A program made the position numbers and the translations under genes. Positions 8,243-15,540 of a stretch of DNA of 32,000 nt are shown in pieces. Where the stretch lies: the NCBI RefSeq assembly GCF_000009965.1, contig NC_006624.1, positions 360,001 to 392,000 on the forward strand. Reading direction: 5' to 3'. Every line of letters begins with the position of its first letter. Within the stretch, counting starts at the first letter, position 1. This DNA is from Thermococcus kodakarensis KOD1. GTDB lineage: Archaea > Methanobacteriota_B > Thermococci > Thermococcales > Thermococcaceae. The notes below the pieces were generated by a model. That model searched no databases. It saw only the letters and a list, made by a program, of their open reading frames with translations, and was not told the origin of the DNA.

Positions 8243-9295
8243 TCACTCAGAGGCCTCGGCGTTTTCAGCCTCGGCTTCACCATTCTCTTCGGCTGCTTTG
8301 GCTTTCTTCTTGGTTGTGCTCTTCTTCCTTGTGGTTCTCCTAGTCTTCCTGCTCTTGGTGCTCTTCTTGGGCTTTTTCTCCTCAGTCTCTTCAGCCTTTT
8401 CTGAGGCCTCCTCAGCTTCCGACTCCTCCGCACTCTCCTCGGTCTCCCCTTTCTCCTCGCTCTCTTCCTCAGGGGCCTCCTTGATTGCTTCCTGTTCAGC
8501 TGCCTTTTCGGTTTCAGTTTCCTCAGGAGCTTCGGTTGTCTCACTGGCCTCCTCCTCAGAGGCCTCGCCCTCCTCGGCTTCCGGCGGCTTGAGAAGCTCG
8601 TCAACGCTGGGCCTGAACTTGACTTCCTCGTAACCAAGGAACTTGAGGTCGCCCTCGAGGAGGAGCTCGCCGAGAACGAGGGTGCCCTTGTCAACCTCCT
8701 CCCTAACCGGGGTGAAGTCAACGACGACGTCCTTCTCGCCGACCTCTATGACGACCTTGTTCGCGTCAAGCCTGGGCAGGCGAAGCTCGATGAGGGCCTT
8801 AACCTTCTCAATCGGGTCGTCAATCTTCTCAACGACCTCGACCTCGTAAACGAGGTGCTTGCCTGCGTAGGGGTGGTTGAAGTCAACCCTGACACGGCCT
8901 CCGCTAACGGTGAGAACCCTGCCCCTGAGTTTCCTGCCACCCTCGGTCTCTATCTCGACGGGCATCCCAGGGAAGGGTATGAGCCCCTGCCTCCTGAACT
9001 GGCCGAGGGTGAAGGTCTTGATGAGCTTGGGATCGCGCTTTCCGAAGCCCTTCTCGGGTGGAACCTCGATCTCGTACTTCTTTCCGACTTCAAGACCCTC
9101 AAGCTGCTCGTCAAGGCCCTGAATCACGTGACCAGCACCGACGGCTATCGGGACGGGCCCGTAAACGCCGTTCTCCTTGTAGATTCCAGCCTGCTTCGCG
9201 ATCTCTTCATCGGTTGTGTCGAATATCTCACCGGTCTCCTTTATCCTTCCGGTGTACTTGAGCCTGATAACGTCACCCTTCTGAACCTTGGTCAT
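8243..9295 (-). CDS. Long-type archaeal FKBP peptidyl-prolyl cis-trans isomerase with a low-complexity acidic-then-basic C-terminal tail of about 114 aa
   Basis: The N-terminus VIRLKYTGRIKETGEIFDTT...GAGHVIQGLDEQLEGLEVGKKYEIEVPPEKGFGKRDP is typical of SlyD/FKBP with an insert-in-flap domain. ATG 9295 is preceded by AGGAGGT. The tail is 8243-8587. Confidence 0.85.
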   Translation of the reverse strand: MTKVQKGDVIRLKYTGRIKETGEIFDTTDEEIAKQAGIYKENGVYGPVPIAVGAGHVIQGLDEQLEGLEVGKKYEIEVPPEKGFGKRDPKLIKTFTLGQFRRQGLIPFPGMPVEIETEGGRKLRGRVLTVSGGRVRVDFNHPYAGKHLVYEVEVVEKIDDPIEKVKALIELRLPRLDANKVVIEVGEKDVVVDFTPVREEVDKGTLVLGELLLEGDLKFLGYEEVKFRPSVDELLKPPEAEEGEASEEEASETTEAPEETETEKAAEQEAIKEAPEEESEEKGETEESAEESEAEEASEKAEETEEKKPKKSTKSRKTRRTTRKKSTTKKKAKAAEENGEAEAENAEASE

Positions 9296-9416
9296 TTTCG
9301 TGACCTCCTTTCCTTTTCCAGACCCAGTTGGGTGGTCGGTTTTTAAGCTTTTGCAGATTTTCAGAAATAGTGCCTACTGAAGAATTTTAATACTAAGAAG
9401 TTATATAAATAATATC

Positions 9417-9430
9417 AAAAAGTTTATAAG
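9417..9430 (+). promoter_or_regulatory. BRE/TATA-like element upstream of the 9464 gene
   Basis: AAAAAGTTTATAAG lies about 38 nt upstream of ATG 9464, within a very AT-rich divergent intergenic region (9296-9463). Confidence 0.4.
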
Positions 9431-9463
9431 TAGAATATTGATATTGAATAATGATGATGCTAC

Positions 9464-10369
9464 ATGAAATTCGGATTATGGTATATCAAGTGGGATAGTT
9501 CGACTGGCAAGTACATCTCAAGGATACGAACACTAAGCAAGAATCCTGCAACAGTTTATGATTTTAAAGAGAGATTCGATATTGCAATCTTTACAACTCG
9601 AGAGGGACTAGATGCAAATTACAGCGGTAATGGATATAGGGATGGAAAAGAGCTTGCAAGTTTCACAAAGTTAATGGCCAAAAGGGAGATAGAATATTAC
9701 GTTTCAATACCATATTACATGCCCTCAAAGGATATTCTACTGGGAAGAGGGAATATTCAGACTGGGGATTATTGGCTTAGTTGGGTTGATGGGGTTCTAT
9801 CAGTGGAAGAAGATAACCTTTTGGGGTTTTACTGGGATCTAGAATATGCATGGATGTTCAAAGATTACTGGAAGGGGAAACAGAACTCAGTGATAAATCC
9901 AGAGGCACTTTTGAGAATAGCCGAAAAAATTCACGATCACGGATTAAAATTCATCTGGATACCATCAGCACATACATACGCGTTAAGCAATACTGACATT
10001 TGGTCACCTCAATCTCTTGACGCCTTTGATCTCATTTTCGTGCAACCAAATTACTATATGAACAATTCAGGAAGGTATCCTTTCTCATTTTACGAATTTA
10101 AAGAGTGGTTAAGGACTTTAAAAAATATGAGTTCCTCTAAAGTACACATGGTGATGGAAGCCGATGAATGTATATTAACAAAGGGCAATGGAAATTGTAG
10201 GACCTGCGGCAATCATGAGCAATGTCTTAAACTTGCCAGTGATTATTACCTCGTTCAAAGAGAAGTTCTTCGTAGACTGGACACCAATTTAGCATACTAT
10301 TTCGGGATAACTCTAGATGTAGTTGATATCGTATTTGATTACTATCTAAAAAGAATGGGGGTGCTATAG
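9464..10369 (+). CDS. Hypothetical cytoplasmic protein (301 aa) with a C-terminal Cys cluster
   Basis: Long ORF in an AT-rich island with no signal peptide. Aromatic-rich strand-like motifs: GFYWDLEY, FIWIPSAH, VQPNYY, MEADE. Cys cluster: C-x10-CxxC-x5-C (ADECILTKGNGNCRTCGNHEQC). A glycosidase-like TIM-barrel is only a guess. Confidence 0.55.
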   Translation: MKFGLWYIKWDSSTGKYISRIRTLSKNPATVYDFKERFDIAIFTTREGLDANYSGNGYRDGKELASFTKLMAKREIEYYVSIPYYMPSKDILLGRGNIQTGDYWLSWVDGVLSVEEDNLLGFYWDLEYAWMFKDYWKGKQNSVINPEALLRIAEKIHDHGLKFIWIPSAHTYALSNTDIWSPQSLDAFDLIFVQPNYYMNNSGRYPFSFYEFKEWLRTLKNMSSSKVHMVMEADECILTKGNGNCRTCGNHEQCLKLASDYYLVQREVLRRLDTNLAYYFGITLDVVDIVFDYYLKRMGVL

Positions 10370-10372
10370 GCA

Positions 10373-11455
10373 GTGAAAAGTTATCCCAGAAATACTCACT
10401 CAAATTTTATTGAATTGATGCTAGTGCTTTCTTTGTTTTTCCTGATTTTTATCCCTTCCTCAAAGGCAGACCCCACTCTAACCATTAGTTTCTGCTCCTC
10501 GGGCTTCAGAATAATCATAATGCCCACCAGTGAAGGTTTCATCTACGTATCAACTGGATACTACGGATTAAAACCCCACTCATTGGGACAGTGCACCGTT
10601 GAGTATGACCCGACAACCCAGTACGACAGGTTCTACCTCGTGAACTCGAGCGGAGCCCACTACATCGGCGGCTACTACGAGTACGAAGGCCAAAACGAGA
10701 GCCTCACCAAAATCCTGAATTCGATCTCAGAACGGAAGACGACCAACCCAGTGCGAGGGAAGGTAGAAGGGGACAGTGTGGTGTTCCAATTTAAAAATCG
10801 GACTTACGCTATAAAAATAAGAGAGATAGCTCCGTATCTGTGGGATGAGAAGGAGCTAAGCAACCTGATCGCGTTCTCCCGCGGAAACGACATCGTCATA
10901 GTTCCAGCCATTGAGATGGACGTGATAGAGAACAATTTTACCCTGAACGCAGTTCCAGGGGAAAAAACAGGGACGACTCGGATTGAGCTCAATTTCACCT
11001 ATAAGCTCTACCTGGGGTATCCCTTCCTTCTAAATGGCTCCACTACAGGTATTATCGAATGGGCAAACACCTCAATGGACTATGACCAGATACCCTGGGA
11101 GAAGCTCAAGGATATGTTTGAGAAACCCCTCTACGTCTTTTACTTCAATGAGACATCAATAATTCCGCTACCCATTCTGAAAGTGACGCCAGACATGGTG
11201 CTAAAAGACTTCGAGCTTTCTCCAGAGTACGGTTTTGAGAACCTGGCGGACGTCTACATCCTCAAAGATAAAGCATCCTCAACGAGCCCGACGTTCAACG
11301 TCTCCGAGGGCACACATTCCTCACTGACGGCATCGTCCATGGTCTCCAAAGGATCGCAATTCAATGAGAACACTGAGCTCTTAAAAGAGTTCTTCCTGGT
11401 TGCGCTCATAGTTAGTATGGCGGTTATGGCACTCCACCGACACCTGCGGCGATAA
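10373..11455 (+). CDS. Secreted/membrane-anchored surface protein, probable N-glycoprotein
   Basis: GTG start lies 3 nt after the upstream stop, preceded by GGGGGTG. N-terminal signal/anchor: LMLVLSLFFLIFIPSSKA|DP. Nine N-x-S/T sequons (NSS, NES, NRT, NFT, NFT, NGS, NTS, NET, NVS). C-terminal TM helix FFLVALIVSMAVMAL followed by HRHLRR. Confidence 0.65.
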   Translation: MKSYPRNTHSNFIELMLVLSLFFLIFIPSSKADPTLTISFCSSGFRIIIMPTSEGFIYVSTGYYGLKPHSLGQCTVEYDPTTQYDRFYLVNSSGAHYIGGYYEYEGQNESLTKILNSISERKTTNPVRGKVEGDSVVFQFKNRTYAIKIREIAPYLWDEKELSNLIAFSRGNDIVIVPAIEMDVIENNFTLNAVPGEKTGTTRIELNFTYKLYLGYPFLLNGSTTGIIEWANTSMDYDQIPWEKLKDMFEKPLYVFYFNETSIIPLPILKVTPDMVLKDFELSPEYGFENLADVYILKDKASSTSPTFNVSEGTHSSLTASSMVSKGSQFNENTELLKEFFLVALIVSMAVMALHRHLRR

Positions 11456-11495
11456 GCTAATAAAAAGCCACTCCCAAAAGCGCCCGGTGGTAGGA

Positions 11496-12926
11496 ATGGG
11501 GATCAAAATCTACAACACCCTGACGAGGCAGAAGGAGGAGTTCAAGCCCCTGAGAGAAGGCGAGGTCAGGATGTACGTCTGCGGGCCAACGGTTTACGAT
11601 TACACACACATCGGTCACGCGAGGACTTACATCGCCTTCGACGTTATAAGGCGCTACCTTGAGCACAAGGGGTATACCGTTCTCATGGTCATGAACTTCA
11701 CAGACATAGACGATAAAATCATCAAGAGGGCCAATGAGACCGGCGAAGACCCGAAGGAGCTGGCCGAAAAATTCCTGAAATACTTCCTTGAGGACATGAA
11801 AGCTTTGAAGGTCAAGCCGGCGGACATCTACCCGCGCGTCACCGAGCACATCCAGGACATCATAGACTTCATAAGGAAGCTCCAGGAGAAAGGCTACGCC
11901 TACGAGGGGAGCGATGGCGTCTATTTTGAAGTCAGGAAGTTCAAAGACTACGGAAAGCTCAGCAAGGTAAAGCTGGAAGACCTCGTCAAGGGCGCGCGCG
12001 TTGAGCCAGGAGAGGGCAAGAAGAACCCCGAAGACTTTGCCCTCTGGAAGAAGGCCAAGCCAGGGGAGCCCAAATGGGAGAGTCCCTGGGGCGAGGGAAG
12101 GCCCGGCTGGCATATAGAGTGCTCCACGATGAGCACCAAGTACCTCGGCGAGAGTTTTGACATCCACGGCGGGGGAAGCGACCTCATCTTCCCTCACCAC
12201 GAGAACGAAATAGCCCAGACGGAAGCGTGCACCGGCCACGAGTGGGTTCGCTACTGGATGCACACGGGCTTTCTCATGGTGAATGGCGAGAAGATGAGCA
12301 AGAGCCTCGGCAACTTCGTGACGATTAGGGAAGCACTGGAGCGCTACGACCCGGAGGTAATAAGGCTCTTCGTCCTGCAGAGACACTACAGGTCGCCGCT
12401 CGACTACACCGAGGAGGGCCTCGAGCACGCCAAGAACAACCTTGAGAGGCTCTACAACACCCTCGAGAACATCCGCGTGGCGATGGAGAGAGCGGAGATA
12501 TCCTTCAAGTGGGGCGAGGAGGAGTTTGAGGCCTACGAGGCCATAAGGGACGGCAGGAAGAAGTTCTACGATGCAATGGACGACGACTTCAACACGGCCG
12601 AGGCACTCAAAGCGGTCTTCGAGGTCAGCAACGCGATTAACCGCTACCTAACGCAGGTCGAAAAGCCCAAGGAGAGCATTCTCAGGAAGGCCTGGGAGTT
12701 CTTTAAGATGGTGAGCGAGGTCTTCGGCATCTTTGAGGACTACTTCAGGGAGCAGAAGGCTGGAGAAGAAGAGGCCCTGATAAAGCTCCTCATCGATGTT
12801 CGCGCCCAGCTCAGGAAGGAGAGGAAGTTCGACCTCGCCGATAAGATAAGGGACGAGCTGAGAAACCTCGGAATCCAGCTTGAGGACACGCCGCAGGGAA
12901 CTGTTTGGAAGAGGATCAAGGTCTGA
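11496..12926 (+). CDS. cysS: Cysteinyl-tRNA synthetase
   Basis: Class I aaRS motifs HIGHARTY and KMSKS, plus CGPTVYD near the N-terminus. ATG 11496 (MGIKIYNT...) is preferred over the ORF-track GTG 11487. The TATA-like TAATAAAAAG lies at 11459-11470. Confidence 0.9.
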   Translation: MGIKIYNTLTRQKEEFKPLREGEVRMYVCGPTVYDYTHIGHARTYIAFDVIRRYLEHKGYTVLMVMNFTDIDDKIIKRANETGEDPKELAEKFLKYFLEDMKALKVKPADIYPRVTEHIQDIIDFIRKLQEKGYAYEGSDGVYFEVRKFKDYGKLSKVKLEDLVKGARVEPGEGKKNPEDFALWKKAKPGEPKWESPWGEGRPGWHIECSTMSTKYLGESFDIHGGGSDLIFPHHENEIAQTEACTGHEWVRYWMHTGFLMVNGEKMSKSLGNFVTIREALERYDPEVIRLFVLQRHYRSPLDYTEEGLEHAKNNLERLYNTLENIRVAMERAEISFKWGEEEFEAYEAIRDGRKKFYDAMDDDFNTAEALKAVFEVSNAINRYLTQVEKPKESILRKAWEFFKMVSEVFGIFEDYFREQKAGEEEALIKLLIDVRAQLRKERKFDLADKIRDELRNLGIQLEDTPQGTVWKRIKV

Positions 12927-12931
12927 GGATC

Positions 12932-12936
12932 TTTTT
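12932..12936 (+). terminator. Oligo-T tract immediately after the cysS stop
   Basis: TTTTT begins 6 nt after TGA 12924-12926. Archaeal termination typically uses oligo-T runs. Confidence 0.4.
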
Positions 12937-12960
12937 CTCGGACTTTCTCTTTCTGAATTC

Positions 12961-14072
12961 ATTTTGAATTTTTCTCAGAGTTTTTATTGCAACTGTGCGG
13001 GATGCATTCAGGGAAGCCGTGGCCATGACGTACTTTCAATTCTCTTAGAGTCTTATTGCAACGGGCGCTCCGTGACGTCACCGAGGCACCTAACACCTAA
13101 TTTCAATTCTCCTAGAGTCTTATTGCAACACGGCACCACCCCTGCAAACACCACCAGCCAAAGCACGGATTTCAATTCTCCTAGAGTCTTATTGCAACTT
13201 TTCCGAAGTTCACTCCTGAGGCCGAGAGGAGGATTGATTTCAATTCTCCTAGAGTCTTATTGCAACACATAGATATAGAGAAGCCCGCAGACATCAAGAA
13301 GGCGATTTCAATTCTCCTAGAGTCTTATTGCAACGTGATGGAGGTGAAAGCCGATGTCTGATGTCCAGATTCATTTCAATTCTCCTAGAGTCTTATTGCA
13401 ACGAATGGCGATGAAGAGCAGGCGAAGATTGACGCTCAAAATTTCAATTCTCCTAGAGTCTTATTGCAACTATCCTCCTCACCGCTGGCCTCTGCGCCGT
13501 ACCCTTATTTCAATTCTCCTAGAGTCTTATTGCAACCAAAGAACCCGAACCCTACCACCCTCGCGGAATTGATTTCAATTCTCCTAGAGTCTTATTGCAA
13601 CTTTCGCGGAGTATTTGCCTTAAATCCTCCTTGATAATATTTCAATTCTCCTAGAGTCTTATTGCAACTTTCACGTTACCTCACTCAGAAAGCCCTCGCA
13701 AACTCGTTTCAATTCTCCTAGAGTCTTATTGCAACAGAAAGCACCAGTATGAGATAGCTCCAATGAAAAACCTGTTTCAATTCTCCTAGAGTCTTATTGC
13801 AACTCGTTGAACCCGTTAAAAGCCATCTCCCCATCTTCGTGTTTCAATTCTCCTAGAGTCTTATTGCAACTTCTCGACATGAAAAGGGAGATGGGCAGAG
13901 TCATTGAGTTTCAATTCTCCTAGAGTCTTATTGCAACTTGAGTTTGAAGAGCTTTACCTTTTTCTTTGCGTGGACGTTTCAATTCTCCTAGAGTCTTATT
14001 GCAACTACCCGAAGCAGAACATGAAACATTTATCGCCTTAACGTTTCAATTCTCCTAGAGTCTTATTGCAAC
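12961..14072 (-). CRISPR. CRISPR array: 17 repeats (30 nt; the low-coordinate terminal copy is degenerate) and 16 spacers of 35-39 nt
   Basis: Plus-strand repeat: (G/A)TTTCAATTCTCCTAGAGTCTTATTGCAAC. Repeat starts: 13033, 13100, 13169, 13237, 13305, 13373, 13441, 13507, 13572, 13639, 13706, 13774, 13841, 13908, 13976, 14043. A degenerate copy with indels sits at about 12961-12993. The reverse complement GTTGCAATAAGACTCTAGGAGAATTGAAAC resembles the P. furiosus repeat GTTCCAATAAGACTAAAATAGAATTGAAAG (from memory), whose 3' ATTGAAAG forms the crRNA 5' tag. Together with the degenerate repeat at the low end and the AT-rich non-coding region at the high end, this argues for minus-strand transcription. 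Confidence 0.97.
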
Positions 14073-14120
14073 AGGGCGGTTTTTTCCTCCTTTCTCCCTA
14101 CAAACTACTAAGAACGCTCG

Positions 14121-14136
14121 GATCTTATAAGCTTTT
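14121..14136 (-). promoter_or_regulatory. Candidate pre-crRNA promoter (BRE/TATA-like)
   Basis: The minus strand reads AAAAGCTTATAAGATC, centred about 56 nt upstream of the first repeat (14072). The core CTTATAAG is palindromic, so orientation is not proven. Confidence 0.35.
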
Positions 14137-14152
14137 CCGCAAAGGGTGCTCT

Positions 14153-14177
14153 AAAAAGCCCCTAACGGTCCCCAATT
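14153..14177. repeat. Leader box 1, copy 1 (AAAAAGCCCCTAACGGTCCCCAATT)
   Basis: 20 of 25 positions are identical to 14352-14376 (AAAAAGGCCCTAAAGTGCCCCCATT), at an offset of 199 nt. Confidence 0.7.
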
Positions 14178-14351
14178 AAAAAGCTTTTGAGCGGTTTTTT
14201 TCAGCCAGAAACAAGTTCTCCTCCTTCCGTTAAGAGCATGCACAACAACGTTCAGAAGACTTCCCAGGCATCTTTAGAGTCTTAAAAAGAACTTTAGTGG
14301 TTTTCAGACGCTTTTTGCCAAAAATATCGTGTCAGAATTAGGAACGGGCAC

Positions 14352-14376
14352 AAAAAGGCCCTAAAGTGCCCCCATT
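14352..14376. repeat. Leader box 1, copy 2
   Basis: See 14153-14177. A second box pair, AACGTTCAGAAGACTTCCCAGGC (14247-14269) and AACGTTACTAAAGACTTCCCGAGGC (14443-14467), keeps the same offset of about 196-198 nt. Confidence 0.7.
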
Positions 14377-14546
14377 CAGAATTCCGAAAAAATTTCGTCA
14401 CGATTTTTGCTGAATATATAACTTTTCGTTTGATAGTAACCAAACGTTACTAAAGACTTCCCGAGGCTGATCAGCAAATATTTTGAAAATTCAATGGCTA
14501 ATACACCTCAGTTCAGACAACTGGACGATTTAAACGTGATAGGACC

Positions 14547-14560
14547 GAAAATATAAAAGG
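14547..14560 (+). promoter_or_regulatory. cas2 promoter (BRE/TATA-like GAAAATATAAAAGG)
   Basis: A strong A/T box about 35 nt upstream of the cas2 ATG at 14589. Confidence 0.5.
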
Positions 14561-14588
14561 AACTAACCGGAGTTTGTACGGTGGTGGC

Positions 14589-14846
14589 ATGTACATCATA
14601 GTGGTCTACGACGTCTCGGTCGAGCGCGTGAACAGAGTCAAGAAGTTTCTCCGCCAGCACCTTCACTGGGTCCAGAACAGCGTTTTTGAAGGCGAGGTTA
14701 CTCTAGCAGAGTTTGAGCGCATAAAAGCCGGAATAGGAGAACTCATAGACGGGGATGAGGATTCGGTTGTCATATACAAACTTCGCTCGATGCCAAAAAG
14801 AGAAGTAATGGGAGTGGAGAAGAACCCGATTGAGGACATTATCTAG
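14589..14846 (+). CDS. cas2: Cas2 (CRISPR adaptation protein)
   Basis: MYIIVVYDVSVERVNRVKKFLRQHLHWVQNSVFEGEV... is a canonical Cas2 N-terminus and ferredoxin-fold pattern. ATG 14589 is preceded by GGTGGTGG; the ORF track starts at TTG 14574. Confidence 0.93.
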   Translation: MYIIVVYDVSVERVNRVKKFLRQHLHWVQNSVFEGEVTLAEFERIKAGIGELIDGDEDSVVIYKLRSMPKREVMGVEKNPIEDII

Positions 14847-15540
14847 ACTTCTCCCATGGCCTATCTATCGCGGCGCATATGGGTCTGAATGGACAGTGGT
14901 TGCAAACCCACGTCTTGTTGCCGACGGTGGATATCCACTTTGGGAACTCCCCCCTCTCCAAGTCCTCAACTGCCTCTATAACTTTCTCCGCCCTCTTGAT
15001 GAATCTCCTGAAGAGTCTTTCGTTAAAGGTCACCTCAAAGACCCTGAAGTCAAGCCCGTTCCTGTCGAAAATGTAAATGTACCCTTTTTCCTTCCCGAGG
15101 ATGCCCATGTATGCGTTTATCTGCTCAATCGATTCTTTGGACGGCTCGGCGTGATCTAAGTCGATGTTTTTCTTTGATTTTTTCGAATTCTTCTTCGAAT
15201 CGTTGTTCTCGAAACCCCTGAACTTAAACTCCAGGAGGTAATCGCCTTTCACGGCATCGACCTTTCCAACGAGCTTCCAGCCGTCTTTGAGGTCGTGCTC
15301 AACGGGAATCTCGAACTCCGCGCCCCTAACGACTTCCCCGAGCCAGCCGTGGAGGGCAGTACCTATCCTAGCCTCCCAGCTTCTGGAGGGATTGTACGTG
15401 TTGAGGTATATCGAGAGCGCCGTCTTCCTAAGGCAGTGGCTCAGCGAGGTCACCCATATCTTCCTCTCCACTATAGGGCTTCCACTCACGGCGCGGCGGA
15501 TTCCCTCGTTGAACTCCTCTATTTCTGCAGGGAGGGACAT
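14839..15540 (-). CDS. cas4: Cas4-family RecB-like nuclease (paralog 1; last gene of the type I-A operon)
   Basis: N-terminal Cys (SLSHCLRK) plus C-terminal CNHCPFRPIC give a four-Cys cluster. D...ExK motif: VDAVKGDYLLEFK. QxxxY-like: QINAY. The ATG immediately follows the cas6 TAA (TAAATG). Confidence 0.85.
   Translation of the reverse strand: MSLPAEIEEFNEGIRRAVSGSPIVERKIWVTSLSHCLRKTALSIYLNTYNPSRSWEARIGTALHGWLGEVVRGAEFEIPVEHDLKDGWKLVGKVDAVKGDYLLEFKFRGFENNDSKKNSKKSKKNIDLDHAEPSKESIEQINAYMGILGKEKGYIYIFDRNGLDFRVFEVTFNERLFRRFIKRAEKVIEAVEDLERGEFPKWISTVGNKTWVCNHCPFRPICAAIDRPWEKSR

Larger units (their letters stand above)
14073..14573 (-). promoter_or_regulatory. CRISPR leader (non-coding, AT-rich), also containing the divergent cas2 promoter at its far end
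   Basis: About 500 bp without any credible ORF, directly abutting the best-conserved repeat. It contains diverged duplicated boxes and TATA-like elements. Confidence 0.8.

Noticed and set aside
8182-8849. R/K-rich 179-aa minus-strand ORF, and S/L-rich plus-strand ORFs (8298..8633, 8643..8849), over the FKBP tail region
   Set aside because: They are alternative-frame or antisense readings of the low-complexity GAG/GAA/AAG repeat DNA encoding the FKBP tail. The FKBP frame is contiguous with a well-supported N-terminal domain.
11457-12428. 323-aa minus-strand ORF opposite cysS
   Set aside because: It is fully antisense to a confidently identified cysS (HIGH and KMSKS motifs) and has no motifs or RBS. 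It is a typical shadow ORF in GC-rich coding DNA.
12880-13572. ORF-track entries 12880..13272 (130 aa) and 13354..13572 (72 aa) with recurring ISILLESYCN / FNSPRVLLQ peptides
   Set aside because: They are translations through the CRISPR repeats. The periodic peptide is the repeat read in different frames, so this is not coding sequence.
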